A stretch of 64,000 bases of DNA from a candidate division FCPU426 bacterium (GCA_963796105.1 CAWCKJ010000003.1:256001-320000), one strand, 5' to 3'. Shown: positions 19,519 through 30,789, numbered from the stretch's first letter. Notes: generated by a model from the sequence alone, not told the origin. Made by a program: numbers and translations.

Positions 19519-21146
19519 AATTGGACTTTAAAGTGGTGATGAGCCAAATTCGGGAAAAGAATCAATATGTTGTTTGGAGTGGGCTTGGTTTGGTTTTAGC
19601 CGGTATTTTTGCCATGCTCATCATGAACACGACCAATTGGTGGAATCTCCTTATTTTGATAATCGGCATCCTTGCGCTGGGTTGCTTTGTCGCTGTCAAT
19701 CTCGCCGAAGTTAGGGAAGTGGGAAAAAAGCACTCCACCCAAGTGAAAGCCAATCTGGTAATGGTGGCTATAGCCATGTTGGGCGTCATAGTCGCCATTA
19801 ATTATATTTTTTCACGGCATCCGGTTCGATTCGACCTAACCGCAAACAAGCTTTACACTCTTTCGGATCAGACAACCGACATTCTTCATAAACTCGGACA
19901 GGACGTTAATGTCACATTTTTCAGTTCCGCCAAAAGATCCTCCGCGGAAGTCCAGAAAGCGCAACAACTTCTGGAAGAATACTCTAAAAACAGCACCAAG
20001 TTTCATTTCAAGGTCATTGATGTGGACAAAAGCCCAACCGAGGCAAAGCGCCTGAGCATTCATGAATACAACACAGTGGTTTTTGAAAGCGGCGACAATC
20101 GAAAAGACGTCCTTCAGCGGGACTATGTGACTTACGCCTTGCAGGGACGGCAGCCCATGCCTAAGTTTCAAGGAGAGGGCGCCTTCACCGCCGCGCTCAT
20201 CAAGATGACCAGCACTACCCATCTGACTTTTTATTTCACCGAGGGACATGGGGAAAGGGATTTAAACAGTCCCGAACCGGACGGTTTGAATACTTTCAAG
20301 GATATGCTGGATAAGGAAAATTATGCCGTCAAATCCTTGAATCTCTTGACGTCTGGGAAAATGCCAACCGACGCGGCTGTTTTGGCTATCGTCGGACCCA
20401 CCAAGCCCTTTCAGCCCTCAGAAGTATCGCTCATTGAGGATTATTTGAAAACCGGTGGTAAGGTCATTGCTTGCTTGGATCCGATCATTAAATCCGGCAT
20501 GTTGGCGAATACCGGCTTGGACCAGCTCCTGAAGCAGTATGGCGTGAAACTCGGAAACGACTTGGTTTATGACTCCACTAGTTTCGCGTTCCCGGACGTC
20601 CGGGCGGTCATTCCTCAATACGGCGCCTCGCCCATTGTCGAAAAACTCTCCAGCGAGCACATCGCGACAATCATGCCTTTCACCCGAAGCGTCCAAAAAA
20701 TCGATCCTGAGTTAAAGAACGTGAACCAATCGATTTTCATGCAAACCACATCCAACGGCTGGGGAGAAACGAACTTCAAGCTGAAATCCCCGAAATATAA
20801 CCCTGCGGTGGATACCAAACCCCCGGTTCCAATGGCTATGACTTGCGAGGTTTCCCCAGTGGACAATGCCGTGAAGAAGACGCGGTTGGTCGTGTACGGC
20901 AACTCCAATTTCTTCACGAATCAATTCCTCCAGGGCCCTGGCAACCTCGATGTCGGCTTGAACAGTTTCAGCTGGGCCGCGGAGGAAGAGGACAAGGTTA
21001 CGGTTCACCCTAAGGAAGATACCCTCCGCGTGATGAACCTCTCGAATGTCGCGGCTCAGTTCATCAAATATCTGACTGTTATCATTATGCCCGTCGGCGT
21101 CCTCTTTGCCGGCGGCATCATCTGGTACCGCCGCCGCTCCTTATGA
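19515..21146 (+). CDS. GldG-like ABC auxiliary protein
   Basis: RFDLTANKLYTLS, YFTEGHGE, RLVVYGNSNF; C-terminal TM followed by RRR. Confidence 0.92.
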   Translation: MKLDFKVVMSQIREKNQYVVWSGLGLVLAGIFAMLIMNTTNWWNLLILIIGILALGCFVAVNLAEVREVGKKHSTQVKANLVMVAIAMLGVIVAINYIFSRHPVRFDLTANKLYTLSDQTTDILHKLGQDVNVTFFSSAKRSSAEVQKAQQLLEEYSKNSTKFHFKVIDVDKSPTEAKRLSIHEYNTVVFESGDNRKDVLQRDYVTYALQGRQPMPKFQGEGAFTAALIKMTSTTHLTFYFTEGHGERDLNSPEPDGLNTFKDMLDKENYAVKSLNLLTSGKMPTDAAVLAIVGPTKPFQPSEVSLIEDYLKTGGKVIACLDPIIKSGMLANTGLDQLLKQYGVKLGNDLVYDSTSFAFPDVRAVIPQYGASPIVEKLSSEHIATIMPFTRSVQKIDPELKNVNQSIFMQTTSNGWGETNFKLKSPKYNPAVDTKPPVPMAMTCEVSPVDNAVKKTRLVVYGNSNFFTNQFLQGPGNLDVGLNSFSWAAEEEDKVTVHPKEDTLRVMNLSNVAAQFIKYLTVIIMPVGVLFAGGIIWYRRRSL

Positions 21147-22522
21147 AATCCTTCAGAACGACCCTCATTTTCTTTGGAATCTTGGCCCTTTTGGGTGGAT
21201 ACATCTATTTTTTCGAGAGGGGTCCTGTCAAGAAAGCCGAGGAAAAAAGAGAAAAAGTATTTGAGAATTTCGTGGCCGACGATATCCAGGAAATCCGCGT
21301 GGAAAACCTTGGAAACAGCTTGACTCCCGCCGCTCCCCCTATTGACATAAAAAAAGACGAGAAGGACGTTTGGCAGATTCTTTCCCCGCAAAAATATCAG
21401 GCTGACGAGAACACCCTCCGTGTTTTATTGCAATCGATAGGTGACCTTAATCCTGACGCGGCCATTACCAACATCTCAAACCTGGCTGATTACGGTTTGA
21501 ACAGCCCAACCGCCCGGTGCATTCTCACCGACAAGAAGGGAACATCCCACACCTTGATCGTGGGCGACAAAGGCGTTACAGGTTCTGACACCTATATTAA
21601 GACCTCTGAAAAACCAGCTGTTTACCTAATCCCGGCCTATACCACGGACAATATCAAAAAATCCGTCAACGACTACCGTAACCGGGTTCTTTTCAAAACC
21701 GACCTTGTTGCCGCTCAAAAAGTCGAGGTTGTTTATGGCGACAAGACTTTGGTTCTTGAGAAAGACGCGCAAAACACTTGGAATATTAAATCCCCCATTG
21801 AGGAAAAGGCTGACAGCTCGAAAATCCGCGATCTTTTAAACAGTTTGAACGACATGAAAGTCAATGAGTTCGTGGATGAGCATCCGAAGGACATAAAAAT
21901 ATACGGTTTATCCAAACCGCGTGGAAAAGTCACACTATGGCCTAGTGATAAAGGGTCTCCGAAAACTGTTTTAATAGGCCGTCAGAAACTTAAGACCACA
22001 GATGATTTCGTCAAGATGGAAGGCCAGGATTCGGTTTACCAGGTGGGCGATGCCTTTGTGAAACCCATGGATTTCAAAATCAACAATTTCCGGGATAAAC
22101 TTGTTATGCAATTTGCCGCGGATGTGGCTAAATCCTTGACGATCAAATCCCCACGCACTAATGTCACCTATCAAAAAGACGATAAAGGGATATGGACTTG
22201 TCCGGGACGGGTAAAAGCCCAGGATGAGGCATCCAATCTTATTTCCCAATTGTCTGAAACAGTCATCGTGGATTTCGCCTCCAATACCGTCAATACCGGT
22301 GTCGAGAACCCCTCCTTTGAGGCGAATGTGACTTTGAAGGATGGAACTTCCCGCCTTTACCGTTTCGGCCGGATCGACAATGGCCAGGTTTATCTCGCGT
22401 CCGACAAGAGCAAGGACACCTATCTGGTTTATATCAACCCCGTTTCCCAAATGGAATCCTATTACAACTCCATTTTGACCCCGATTCCGATTGCCTCCCC
22501 GGCGCCTTTGCCGAAAAAATAG
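21143..22522 (+). CDS. DUF4340-domain protein
   Basis: N-terminal TM, repeated W..P..AD / YGL..P units; usual position after a GldG-like gene. Confidence 0.88.
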   Translation: MKSFRTTLIFFGILALLGGYIYFFERGPVKKAEEKREKVFENFVADDIQEIRVENLGNSLTPAAPPIDIKKDEKDVWQILSPQKYQADENTLRVLLQSIGDLNPDAAITNISNLADYGLNSPTARCILTDKKGTSHTLIVGDKGVTGSDTYIKTSEKPAVYLIPAYTTDNIKKSVNDYRNRVLFKTDLVAAQKVEVVYGDKTLVLEKDAQNTWNIKSPIEEKADSSKIRDLLNSLNDMKVNEFVDEHPKDIKIYGLSKPRGKVTLWPSDKGSPKTVLIGRQKLKTTDDFVKMEGQDSVYQVGDAFVKPMDFKINNFRDKLVMQFAADVAKSLTIKSPRTNVTYQKDDKGIWTCPGRVKAQDEASNLISQLSETVIVDFASNTVNTGVENPSFEANVTLKDGTSRLYRFGRIDNGQVYLASDKSKDTYLVYINPVSQMESYYNSILTPIPIASPAPLPKK

Positions 22523-22589
22523 AATACTCAAAAGTGCCTTTTTCGGCTTTTTGATCCCAAGAACTTCCTAATTCGATTCTTTGCCTTCG

Positions 22590-22618
22590 TTGACTTTCAA
22601 TTGACTCGGCTCCATAAT
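22590..22618 (+). promoter_or_regulatory. Sigma70-type promoter
   Basis: TTGACT-17 bp-CATAAT upstream of fsa. Confidence 0.55.
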
Positions 22619-22667
22619 TCACTCAAACAAGGTTTGACGCGAAAATCAGGCAATTACGGAGGCTGCG

Positions 22668-23327
22668 ATGAAGTTTTTTTTAGACACCGCCAACCTGGAT
22701 GAGATCAAACAGGGAGTGGCATGGGGAATCATCGACGGAGTCACCACCAATCCCTCCCTGGTCGCCAAGGAAGGCGTAGATTTCTTCTCCAGGATCAAGG
22801 AAATCTGCTCCATCGTGAACGGATCGGTTTCGGCCGAGGTCACTGCGACTGATTTTGAGGGCATGGTCCGCGAGGGTCATGTCCTGGCCAAGCTTCATAA
22901 AAACGTGACCATAAAAATTCCCTTGATCCCCGCGGGAATCCAGGCTTGCAAAGCACTCAGTTCCGAGGGGCATGCCGTCAACGTGACTCTTTGCTTTTCC
23001 GCCTCGCAGGCTCTCTTGGCCGCCAAAGCCGGCGCCACCTATGTCAGCCCCTTTGTGGGCCGCTTGGACGACGTTTCTCAGGACGGCATGCAATTGATCC
23101 GGGATATCGTGAAAATTTACGGAAATTACGGCTACAAAACCCAGGTCCTGGCCGCCTCCTTGCGGCATCCCATTCATGTGGTGGATTCCGCGTTGGCGGG
23201 AGCCCATGTCGGCACGATGCCCTTCACCGTCATGAAAATGCTTTTTAACCACCCCTTAACTGATATCGGCCTAAAGCGATTTCTTGAGGATTGGGAAAAA
23301 GTTAAAGATAAAGTGATGAAAAAATAG
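22668..23327 (+). CDS. fsa: Transaldolase / fructose-6-phosphate aldolase family
   Basis: [37 protein letters not shown]. Confidence 0.95.
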   Translation: MKFFLDTANLDEIKQGVAWGIIDGVTTNPSLVAKEGVDFFSRIKEICSIVNGSVSAEVTATDFEGMVREGHVLAKLHKNVTIKIPLIPAGIQACKALSSEGHAVNVTLCFSASQALLAAKAGATYVSPFVGRLDDVSQDGMQLIRDIVKIYGNYGYKTQVLAASLRHPIHVVDSALAGAHVGTMPFTVMKMLFNHPLTDIGLKRFLEDWEKVKDKVMKK

Positions 23328-23399
23328 AACCGCCTGCGACCTTCCCCCTTCAAATCCGGAGTGGGGGTGCTCATGTAATTAATTTGGAGAACAGGATCC

Positions 23400-23627
23400 A
23401 TGTCTGAATTGACTTCCTTGGGAAAATGGTTTGTCTTGACCGGCGCAACACTGATAGTTCTTGGCTCTTTCATCCTGATCCCGGGAAAAATACCATTTTT
23501 AGGACGTCTCCCCGGTGATATTCGCGTTGAAAAAGGGAATTTTTCTTTTTATTTTCCAGTCATGACCTGTATTTTGGCTTCCGGGCTGCTTTCCATCATT
23601 CTCCGGTTGGTTTCAAAGCTTAAATGA
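23400..23627 (+). CDS. DUF2905 membrane protein
   Basis: LGRLPGDI...FYFPVMTCIL. Confidence 0.93.
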   Translation: MSELTSLGKWFVLTGATLIVLGSFILIPGKIPFLGRLPGDIRVEKGNFSFYFPVMTCILASGLLSIILRLVSKLK

Positions 23628-23631
23628 TCCC

Positions 23632-24840
23632 ATGGTGAAGCCCCAATCCCCCCCCCTCTCCAGGTTGTTGTATTTTCTTTTTTTAATATTTCTTCTTTCA
23701 GGATGCGCCACGACGCCGATCCCGGTCTATATCCCCCATCAAGAGGCCCTGAGCCCAAGCCTTGAAAAGGAATCCAGGCCCGAGGGCCAACGCATTCGTG
23801 TCGCCATTGCGGTCAAGAAACCCTCCGTGACGTTAAGAGTACCTGAAAGCTATTCCTTGTCAGGTCTTCTTCCCGACGGCAATCAGGAATTCAACGCGGG
23901 GGCAAATCATGTCCGGGAATTCTTCCTAACCCCCGGCCGCCTTTCAAAATCAACGGCGACCATCGAACCTTCTGGAGGCTCCGGCGTGATTTCCCTGGAC
24001 GGGAAAACTTACCGGGGAGCCATGGACATCACTAAGGATTCAGGGGGAACCCTGACGGTCATCAATGACGTGCCCCTGGAGGAATACGTCATGGGTGTCC
24101 TCGCGGGGGAAGTCTCGCCCCAATGGCCCCTTGAGGCCTTGAAGGCGCAGGCCATCGCGGCCCGGACATTCGCCTTATTGAAGAGACAATCCAGAACTAA
24201 GGGGGAGGAATATGATCTTGATAATTCCGAGACTAACCAAATGTACCAAGGCACTGGATTGGTGAACGCGAACATCCAGAGCGCCGTTTTGGAAACCCGC
24301 GGCCAGGTCCTGATTTACAAGAATTCGCCCGTGGAGGCGTTTTTCCATTCCAATTGCGGTGGCCGGACATCCAAGGCCAGCGATGTCTGGGGCCGGGATT
24401 TACCGTACCTCCAGTCGGTCTCCTGTCCCTATTGCCGAAAAGGCCCCCATTTCCGCTGGGCCACCAAGATCCTCATCCAAGACCTTGTCCGGAAACTTCG
24501 GAAATCCGGGCTGGCGGTCGGGGACATCGTTCGTTTGAAAGGCCTGGAACGGGATGAAAGCGAACGCTTCCGCCTTGTTGAGATCATGGACGCCGATGGG
24601 CGCTATAAGACTCTCAAGGCGATTGAATTCCGGAAGGCCGTCGGGTCCGACCTCATCCGAAGCACTGATTTCACCGCCGTCGTGGAAGGAAACGCCGTGG
24701 TCTTTAACGGAAAAGGATGCGGCCACGGAGTCGGACTTTGCCAGGAAGGCGCTTACGGAATGGCCATGAGAGGCTACAACGCCTTTGAAATCCTCCGCCA
24801 TTACTACCGTGGAATCATGATCGAAAAACTGAAGGAATGA
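23632..24840 (+). CDS. SpoIID/LytB-domain lipoprotein
   Basis: LSGC lipobox, LEEYVMGVLAGE, ALKAQAIAARTF, GHGVGLCQEGA, ILRHYY. Confidence 0.93.
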   Translation: MVKPQSPPLSRLLYFLFLIFLLSGCATTPIPVYIPHQEALSPSLEKESRPEGQRIRVAIAVKKPSVTLRVPESYSLSGLLPDGNQEFNAGANHVREFFLTPGRLSKSTATIEPSGGSGVISLDGKTYRGAMDITKDSGGTLTVINDVPLEEYVMGVLAGEVSPQWPLEALKAQAIAARTFALLKRQSRTKGEEYDLDNSETNQMYQGTGLVNANIQSAVLETRGQVLIYKNSPVEAFFHSNCGGRTSKASDVWGRDLPYLQSVSCPYCRKGPHFRWATKILIQDLVRKLRKSGLAVGDIVRLKGLERDESERFRLVEIMDADGRYKTLKAIEFRKAVGSDLIRSTDFTAVVEGNAVVFNGKGCGHGVGLCQEGAYGMAMRGYNAFEILRHYYRGIMIEKLKE

Positions 24841-24914
24841 CCGAGTAAATTCAAATGCCGGATGGCAAGCGATAAAGTTCAGATGACTTTTCTTTTTTGT
24901 GGAGAAGGCGCGAT

Positions 24915-25952
24915 ATGAAAACGAATCTCTTCAATTACGATTTACCGGCGAAGCTAATTGCCCAACGGCCCCTCGCAAGACGGGATGCCTCCCGCATGCT
25001 GGTCCTGGACCGGAAAACCGGACGAGTGGAACACAGCCTGGTTGGGGAACTGCCGCGCTGGCTCCTGGCTGGGGACCTGATGGTGGTGAATCAATCCAAG
25101 GTGATCCCAGCACGGCTGTTCGCCCGCAAGACCGATACCGGGGCCAGCCTTGAGATATTCCTGCTTCGTCCAGCCTTGCAGGCCTCGGGATGCGAATGGG
25201 AAGTTCTCATCAGCCCCGCGAAACGGATCAAGGGTTTTCCCAATCTCCAGCTATTACCCAAGGGAGAGGCGGCTGTCTTGGAAGCCTTGGGCGATGGGCA
25301 TTATTTGGTTCGATTCCTGAAAACAGGAAACTGGAATAATTTTTTGGGCAGGCACGGGCATATTCCCCTTCCTCCCTACATCAAGAGGAAAGACGATCTC
25401 CTTGACCGGGACAGATACCAGACTCTATTCGCGAAAAAAGAAGGCTCGGTTGCCGCCCCCACTGCCGGCCTTCATTTCACGAAACATTTGTTGGGAGAGC
25501 TTAAAAAAAGAGGCGTCCGTCAATCCCAGGTATTGCTTCACGTGGGCCTTGGCACTTTCCTTCCTGTTTCCTCAGAGGATATCGAGGGTCATGTCATGCA
25601 TCCGGAAAGATATGAGATTTCGGCTCAAACCGTCTCGAAAATCCGCGATACCCGGCGCCGCGGGGGACGTGTCGTCGCGATCGGTACCACCGTCGTGCGG
25701 GCCCTGGAATCCTCCGCCGGGGAATGTGGAATTCCTGTTGTGTCAACGGATGAAACCCGCTTGTTCATCAATCCGGGCTATATCTTTAAAACCGCTGATA
25801 TCCTTTTCACCAATTTCCACCAACCCAAATCCACACTTCTCATGCTTGTTTGCGCCTTTGCAGGAAGGGAGAGGGTTTTAGCAGCTTATGAGGAAGCCAT
25901 TCAGGAAGGGTACCGGTTTTTATCCTACGGCGACGCCATGTTGATTTTGTAA
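24915..25952 (+). CDS. queA: SAM:tRNA ribosyltransferase-isomerase
   Basis: PLPPYIKR, GSVAAPTAGLHF, LHVGLGTF, TNFHQPKSTL, SYGDAM. Confidence 0.97.
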   Translation: MKTNLFNYDLPAKLIAQRPLARRDASRMLVLDRKTGRVEHSLVGELPRWLLAGDLMVVNQSKVIPARLFARKTDTGASLEIFLLRPALQASGCEWEVLISPAKRIKGFPNLQLLPKGEAAVLEALGDGHYLVRFLKTGNWNNFLGRHGHIPLPPYIKRKDDLLDRDRYQTLFAKKEGSVAAPTAGLHFTKHLLGELKKRGVRQSQVLLHVGLGTFLPVSSEDIEGHVMHPERYEISAQTVSKIRDTRRRGGRVVAIGTTVVRALESSAGECGIPVVSTDETRLFINPGYIFKTADILFTNFHQPKSTLLMLVCAFAGRERVLAAYEEAIQEGYRFLSYGDAMLIL

Positions 25953-26222
25953 TGAAGGCTGAAATTATCCCCTTGTGTCGTCTTATTATTTCCTGTTCAA
26001 AATCCCGAGTTCATCGGAAAGCACCTTTTACTTTTCAAAAATACTTCCTTAAACCCAACCTTAATAAAACAAATAAATCTTTACAATTAAGAGGGCTACT
26101 TTTAAACTTTTAGGGCTTTTCTCCTGGAATTTGGAGAAGACGCCTTTTCTTGAAGAATTGGTCATTTCAGAATTGAAACATGGTTTTCTGACCCCCGAAT
26201 AATTGACGGTGCGAAGGAAAAT

Positions 26223-26300
26223 GGTGGGAGTAGCTCAATTGGTTAGAGCACCAGATTGTGGATCTGGGGGTTGCGGGTTCGATTCCCGTCTCTCACCCCA
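26223..26300 (+). tRNA. tRNA-His(GUG)
   Basis: Anticodon arm CCAGA-TTGTGGA-TCTGG; G-1 and C discriminator; encoded CCA. Confidence 0.96.
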
Positions 26301-26407
26301 TTTCACGTTTCGAGTCGTAATTCCGATGGAAAAGCGGGTTTACCACTGACCTTGGGAATATCGTGTAAAGTCGAACCGGAAAATCCGTTGAATTGGAATC
26401 AGAGGAT

Positions 26408-26484
26408 GCGCCTGTAGCTCAGTTGGATAGAGCGACAGATTCCGGATCTGTAGGTCAGAGGTTCGAGCCCTCTCAGGCGTACCA
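26408..26484 (+). tRNA. tRNA-Arg(CCG)
   Basis: Anticodon arm ACAGA-TTCCGGA-TCTGT; encoded CCA. Confidence 0.96.
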
Positions 26485-26605
26485 TTTTTTTCGTTTTGAT
26501 AAGATGGTTAAAAATGCGGGATTTAAGGCCTTTTCAAAACCCTGTTTATTACCAAACATAAAGCGATCCTAACGATGAACTTTTGATGAAAGCTTTTCTT
26601 TCAGT

Positions 26606-26681
<76 letters not shown>

Positions 26682-26776
26682 TCATTTTAGAAGTTTGGTC
26701 AATAGAAGTTTCCGAATTTTTTTCGGCAATAAAGAGGATTAGGTAACTCGGGGATCCTTCGAAGGAAATTCCAAGC

Positions 26777-27973
26777 ATGGCTCAAGTCACTAACAACACT
26801 CCCTCGAAAAATCCCTATGTTTCCATAATCATTCCCGTCCTCAATTCTGCTCGAACCTTAAATGAGACCTTCCTCTCTTTATTCGGAGGGACGGCCATGA
26901 ACGGCAATGAAATATCCGGTATCCAATATCCCCAGGATCGGCTTGAAGTGGTGGTAGCGGATGGGGATAGTGCCGACGACACACTCGTGATTATTGAGAG
27001 TTGGCAAAAAAAATTTCCCTGCGTTCAATCCGTCCATGTACCCAATTTGAAAACCCCAGGTCAGGCTCGAAACGCCGCCTTGACTCTGGCGAGGGGTGAA
27101 ATCATCGTTTTCACGGATGGCGATTGCGCGCCCCATTCCGACTGGCTGGAAAAAATCATTCAACCCTTCTTGAATGATCCTGAAATAGGCATGGTGGGGG
27201 GAGAGGTGGAAACCTTTTCTTTTGATCCCAAAAATAAAGTTGAGCAATATTGCCAACAGATCGGATTTCTTTCAGTCGGGGACAGGGTCTCCATGAAAAA
27301 CGGCGGTTACTACCCCCCCGCCAAAAAACGCTATCCCCGCGAGGTCAATGGCAGTCCGACTTGCCCCTTTTTCTCCACATCCAACGCAGCGGTCAGCAAA
27401 AAAGCGGCCCAAGCTGTCGGCAATCATTTTTGGAGTGAAATGACAGGGGAGGACTTGGACTTTTCCCTCCGGATTTCCAATGCCGGGTACAAGTTGTTCT
27501 TTCGGCCATCCGCTGTGGTCAAACACCTTCACCGGACTAGTTTAAGGCAGTTATGCAGGCGGGTTTCCGCCGATGGCGCCTGTCATTCCTTGGCTCTCAA
27601 GACCCATGCCAGGAGAGTCCTGGAATTTCGTCTTCAGTTATGGGGAGAGTATTCGCTGGTCATCCCATTTCCCATCCAATCCATGATTTATTGGGGTGAT
27701 TTCCATTTTATGCACTTATTCGGCCTTTGGGCCTTGTTCAAAACCCTTATAACCTTGCATTCCGGGATAGTCTGGGAGAAGGATGTGCTTCTTTTATGGG
27801 GCATTTTCTTTTTTTTCTTTTTGAAATATTTCATTCCAGTCCTTAAAATTCAGCCCGCCTCTAATTTCCCGCTTTGGGCCTGGATTCGTTACCGCACCAA
27901 CCTGGCCTTGCTCCTAGGGGGCCTAAAAGGAAGCCTGAAGTACAAAAGGCTTAACATAGAATTGAGCTGGTAA
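26777..27973 (+). CDS. Family 2 glycosyltransferase with C-terminal TM helices
   Basis: VSIIIPVLN, VVVADGDSAD, ARNAA, FTDGDC, GEDLDF. Confidence 0.92.
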   Translation: MAQVTNNTPSKNPYVSIIIPVLNSARTLNETFLSLFGGTAMNGNEISGIQYPQDRLEVVVADGDSADDTLVIIESWQKKFPCVQSVHVPNLKTPGQARNAALTLARGEIIVFTDGDCAPHSDWLEKIIQPFLNDPEIGMVGGEVETFSFDPKNKVEQYCQQIGFLSVGDRVSMKNGGYYPPAKKRYPREVNGSPTCPFFSTSNAAVSKKAAQAVGNHFWSEMTGEDLDFSLRISNAGYKLFFRPSAVVKHLHRTSLRQLCRRVSADGACHSLALKTHARRVLEFRLQLWGEYSLVIPFPIQSMIYWGDFHFMHLFGLWALFKTLITLHSGIVWEKDVLLLWGIFFFFFLKYFIPVLKIQPASNFPLWAWIRYRTNLALLLGGLKGSLKYKRLNIELSW

Positions 27974-28001
27974 AACTTTATAAAACATGAAAAGAGGATC
28001 C

Positions 28002-30341
28002 ATGCGATACGGATTTTTTGACGTAGAAAATAAAGAGTATGTCATCGAGCGGCCCGACACTCCCGTCCCCTGGATGAACTACCTTCATAATGATGAATAT
28101 TGCGCCCTGATCTCCAATAATGCCGGAGGCTACAGCTTTCATCTTTCGGCCCGCGACAAAAGAATCCTGCGTTACAGGCTCAACAACATCCCCATGGACC
28201 GCCCGGGCCGTTACATCTACATCCGCGACGATATAAGCGGGGATTTCTGGTCCAACACCTGGCAGCCTGTCCTTAAGGACTTGGCCGAGTATAAAACCGA
28301 AACACGCCATGGGTTCGGCTATACGCGGGTCGCCACCTCCTATAAGGGCGTTTCTTCCGAGACCCTTTACGTGGTTCCTGTTTCCGATAACCTGGAAATT
28401 TGGAAAATCACGCTCACGAATAGAGGCTCAAACGTCCGGAATTTGACCTTGTTCTCCTACGCTGAACTCTGTCTTTTTTACGCCCAAAACGACATGATGA
28501 ATTTCCAATACACCTACAACATCGCCAAGGCATACGCGAAGGATGGAATGATCCACCACACCACCATGATCGAGAACGCTGGCCATTACGCCTTTTTCAC
28601 GGCCGATAAGAAATTCACCTCATTCGACTGCGACAGGGAAAAATTCATGGGGCTCTACCATTCCGAGGTTAATCCCCAGGCTGTCGTCGATGGAAAATGC
28701 CTCGGGTCCACCGCCGACGGCGGGAACCCCATCGCGGCCACGGCCATCCCGGTAAGTTTGAAGCCCGGGGAAACCAAATCCATCACCTATATTCTAGGCG
28801 TGGCCCCCTCCATCCAGGCGGGAGCCAAGCTCGCCGCCAATTACCGTAAAGCCGGAGCGGTGGATAAAGTCATGAGGGAACTGGAGGAACACTGGCAGGA
28901 GAAACTCGGCTCCCTTCAGGTCCAAACCCCGGACAAGGATATTAACCTCTGCCTTAACCAGTGGAACGCCTACCAGATCCACACCACCTTCAGCATGTCC
29001 CGCGGGCCCTCCATTTATGAGGGCGGAATCGGCCGGGGAATGGGTTTCCGTGACAGTAACCAGGATGCGCTCAGCGTCATCCACAGTGTTCCCAAGAAGG
29101 TCAAGAAGCTCATCACCGACCTGGCCAAGAACATGTTCAAGGATGGCACGGCTTACCACCAGTTCTTCCGCTTGACCGGGGAAGGGGATGGAAAGGGCTA
29201 TTCGGATGATCCGCTTTGGATCATTCTCTCCACGACGGCCTATGTCAAGGAAACGGGCGACATCCGTTTCCTGAGTGAAAAGGTGAAATGGGCGGACGGC
29301 GGCTCCGCCACCATGTATGAGCATCTCAGGGCACCGTTGGATTACACCTACAAAAACGTGGGAGCCCACAAGATCCCCTGCATGGGATTCGCTGATTGGA
29401 ATGACACCCTGCATATCAACGGGCCCAAACCAGGGGAAAGCGTTTGGGTCGCGGAGTTCCTTGTGAAATGCGCCAGGGATTTCGTTGAATTGGCCGACTA
29501 CCTCGGGAAAACTTCTGACGCAAAGAAGTACCGGAAAATGGCGGACGACATGGCCGTAAGGACCAATAAGGTTTGTTGGGACGGCGGGTGGTACGCCATG
29601 GCTTTCAACGGATGGGGAACCATGCTGGGTTCCAAGAAACAATCCGACGGAAAAGTTTACTTGAATACCCAAACCTGGGCTGTCATCTCAGGGGTAGCGG
29701 ACACTAAAAGGGGACCAGCCTGCATGGATGCCGTAAAAAAACACTTGGACTCAAAATATGGCGTCGCCTTGATGTATCCGGGTTACAAGCATTTCAGCCC
29801 GCGCTTGGGCGGGGTCAGCACCTTCCCTCCGGGGCTTAAGGAAAACGGGGGCATTTTCTCTCACGCCAATCCCTGGGCCGTGATCGCAGAGACCCTTTTG
29901 GGGCGTGCGGATATAGCCATGAAATACTATAAACAACTTTTACCCACGACGAAGGACAGGATTCAGGAAGTCCACAAGGCGGAACCCTATATTTACGCGC
30001 AGGCCATCGCCTCAGCGGAACACCGCGATTTCGGTTTCGCGCGTAACTCATGGTTGACCGGCGCGGCCAGTTGGAATTACGTGGCGGCGACCCAGTACCT
30101 TCTCGGAATCAGACCGCATTATTCCGGATTGATGATCGATCCCTGCGTTCCAAAGGATTGGGATCGTTACGAGGTCACCCGGCGGTTCCGCGGATCGACT
30201 TACCATATTGTCGTAAATAATCCAAAGAATTTGAGCAAGGGAGTCTTCTCACTTAAAGTGAACGGAAAAAAAATCTCGGGGAATATCATCCCGGCCACAG
30301 CCTCGAATAAAGTGGTTGAAGTCGAGGCCATCCTAGGGTAA
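28002..30341 (+). CDS. GH94 glycoside phosphorylase (cellobiose/chitobiose phosphorylase family)
   Basis: PDTPVPWMNYL, GRGMGFRDSNQD, DWND, KENGGIFSHANPW, SWLTGAASW. Confidence 0.94.
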   Translation: MRYGFFDVENKEYVIERPDTPVPWMNYLHNDEYCALISNNAGGYSFHLSARDKRILRYRLNNIPMDRPGRYIYIRDDISGDFWSNTWQPVLKDLAEYKTETRHGFGYTRVATSYKGVSSETLYVVPVSDNLEIWKITLTNRGSNVRNLTLFSYAELCLFYAQNDMMNFQYTYNIAKAYAKDGMIHHTTMIENAGHYAFFTADKKFTSFDCDREKFMGLYHSEVNPQAVVDGKCLGSTADGGNPIAATAIPVSLKPGETKSITYILGVAPSIQAGAKLAANYRKAGAVDKVMRELEEHWQEKLGSLQVQTPDKDINLCLNQWNAYQIHTTFSMSRGPSIYEGGIGRGMGFRDSNQDALSVIHSVPKKVKKLITDLAKNMFKDGTAYHQFFRLTGEGDGKGYSDDPLWIILSTTAYVKETGDIRFLSEKVKWADGGSATMYEHLRAPLDYTYKNVGAHKIPCMGFADWNDTLHINGPKPGESVWVAEFLVKCARDFVELADYLGKTSDAKKYRKMADDMAVRTNKVCWDGGWYAMAFNGWGTMLGSKKQSDGKVYLNTQTWAVISGVADTKRGPACMDAVKKHLDSKYGVALMYPGYKHFSPRLGGVSTFPPGLKENGGIFSHANPWAVIAETLLGRADIAMKYYKQLLPTTKDRIQEVHKAEPYIYAQAIASAEHRDFGFARNSWLTGAASWNYVAATQYLLGIRPHYSGLMIDPCVPKDWDRYEVTRRFRGSTYHIVVNNPKNLSKGVFSLKVNGKKISGNIIPATASNKVVEVEAILG

Positions 30342-30368
30342 CAAGCCGTTGAGTATAGGGTGGTTTTG

Positions 30369-30397
30369 TTGACAGCCCCTGGAAGCCATGCTATAAA
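30369..30397 (+). promoter_or_regulatory. Sigma70-type promoter
   Basis: TTGACA-17 bp-TATAAA upstream of spoVS. Confidence 0.65.
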
Positions 30398-30442
30398 AAG
30401 CTTGGTAAGTATTTATACGGTTGAACAAAGAAGGAGCCACGC

Positions 30443-30724
30443 TTGGTTGAGATAATGACTCTAAAGGTAGCCGCCAAAAGCAATCCCTCAACCGTGGCGG
30501 GAGCAATCGCTAATAACGTTCGTGACGGCAAAAGCGTTGAAATAGTGGCAATGGGCCCGGAAAGCATCAACAACACCGTCAAGGCCATCGCGATCGCACG
30601 GGGGTTTTTAAAGGGCGACGGCATGGACGCCAATTTCAAGCCTGAGTTCATCCACTTGACTATTGACGGGGAAAAGAAGAGCGCTATTAAGTTTCTTTTG
30701 TACATTGAGAAAAACACCAAGTAA
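30443..30724 (+). CDS. spoVS: SpoVS-family protein
   Basis: LKVAAKSNPSTVAGAIA...VKAIAIARGF. Confidence 0.92.
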   Translation: MVEIMTLKVAAKSNPSTVAGAIANNVRDGKSVEIVAMGPESINNTVKAIAIARGFLKGDGMDANFKPEFIHLTIDGEKKSAIKFLLYIEKNTK

Positions 30725-30740
30725 ACATTAAGTTCCATAT

Positions 30741-30776
30741 AACCTCGGCCGACCTTTGGCTGGGGTTTATTTTTTT
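30741..30776 (+). terminator. Intrinsic terminator
   Basis: aacctcggcc..ggctggggtt hairpin followed by a T run. Confidence 0.55.
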
Positions 30777-30789
30777 ACCGACAAGAGGA

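Noticed and set aside
28794..29672. Long antisense ORFs (also 35289-36146, 36288-36983, 58647-59126, 57533-57751)
   Set aside because: They are shadows of well-supported genes on the opposite strand.
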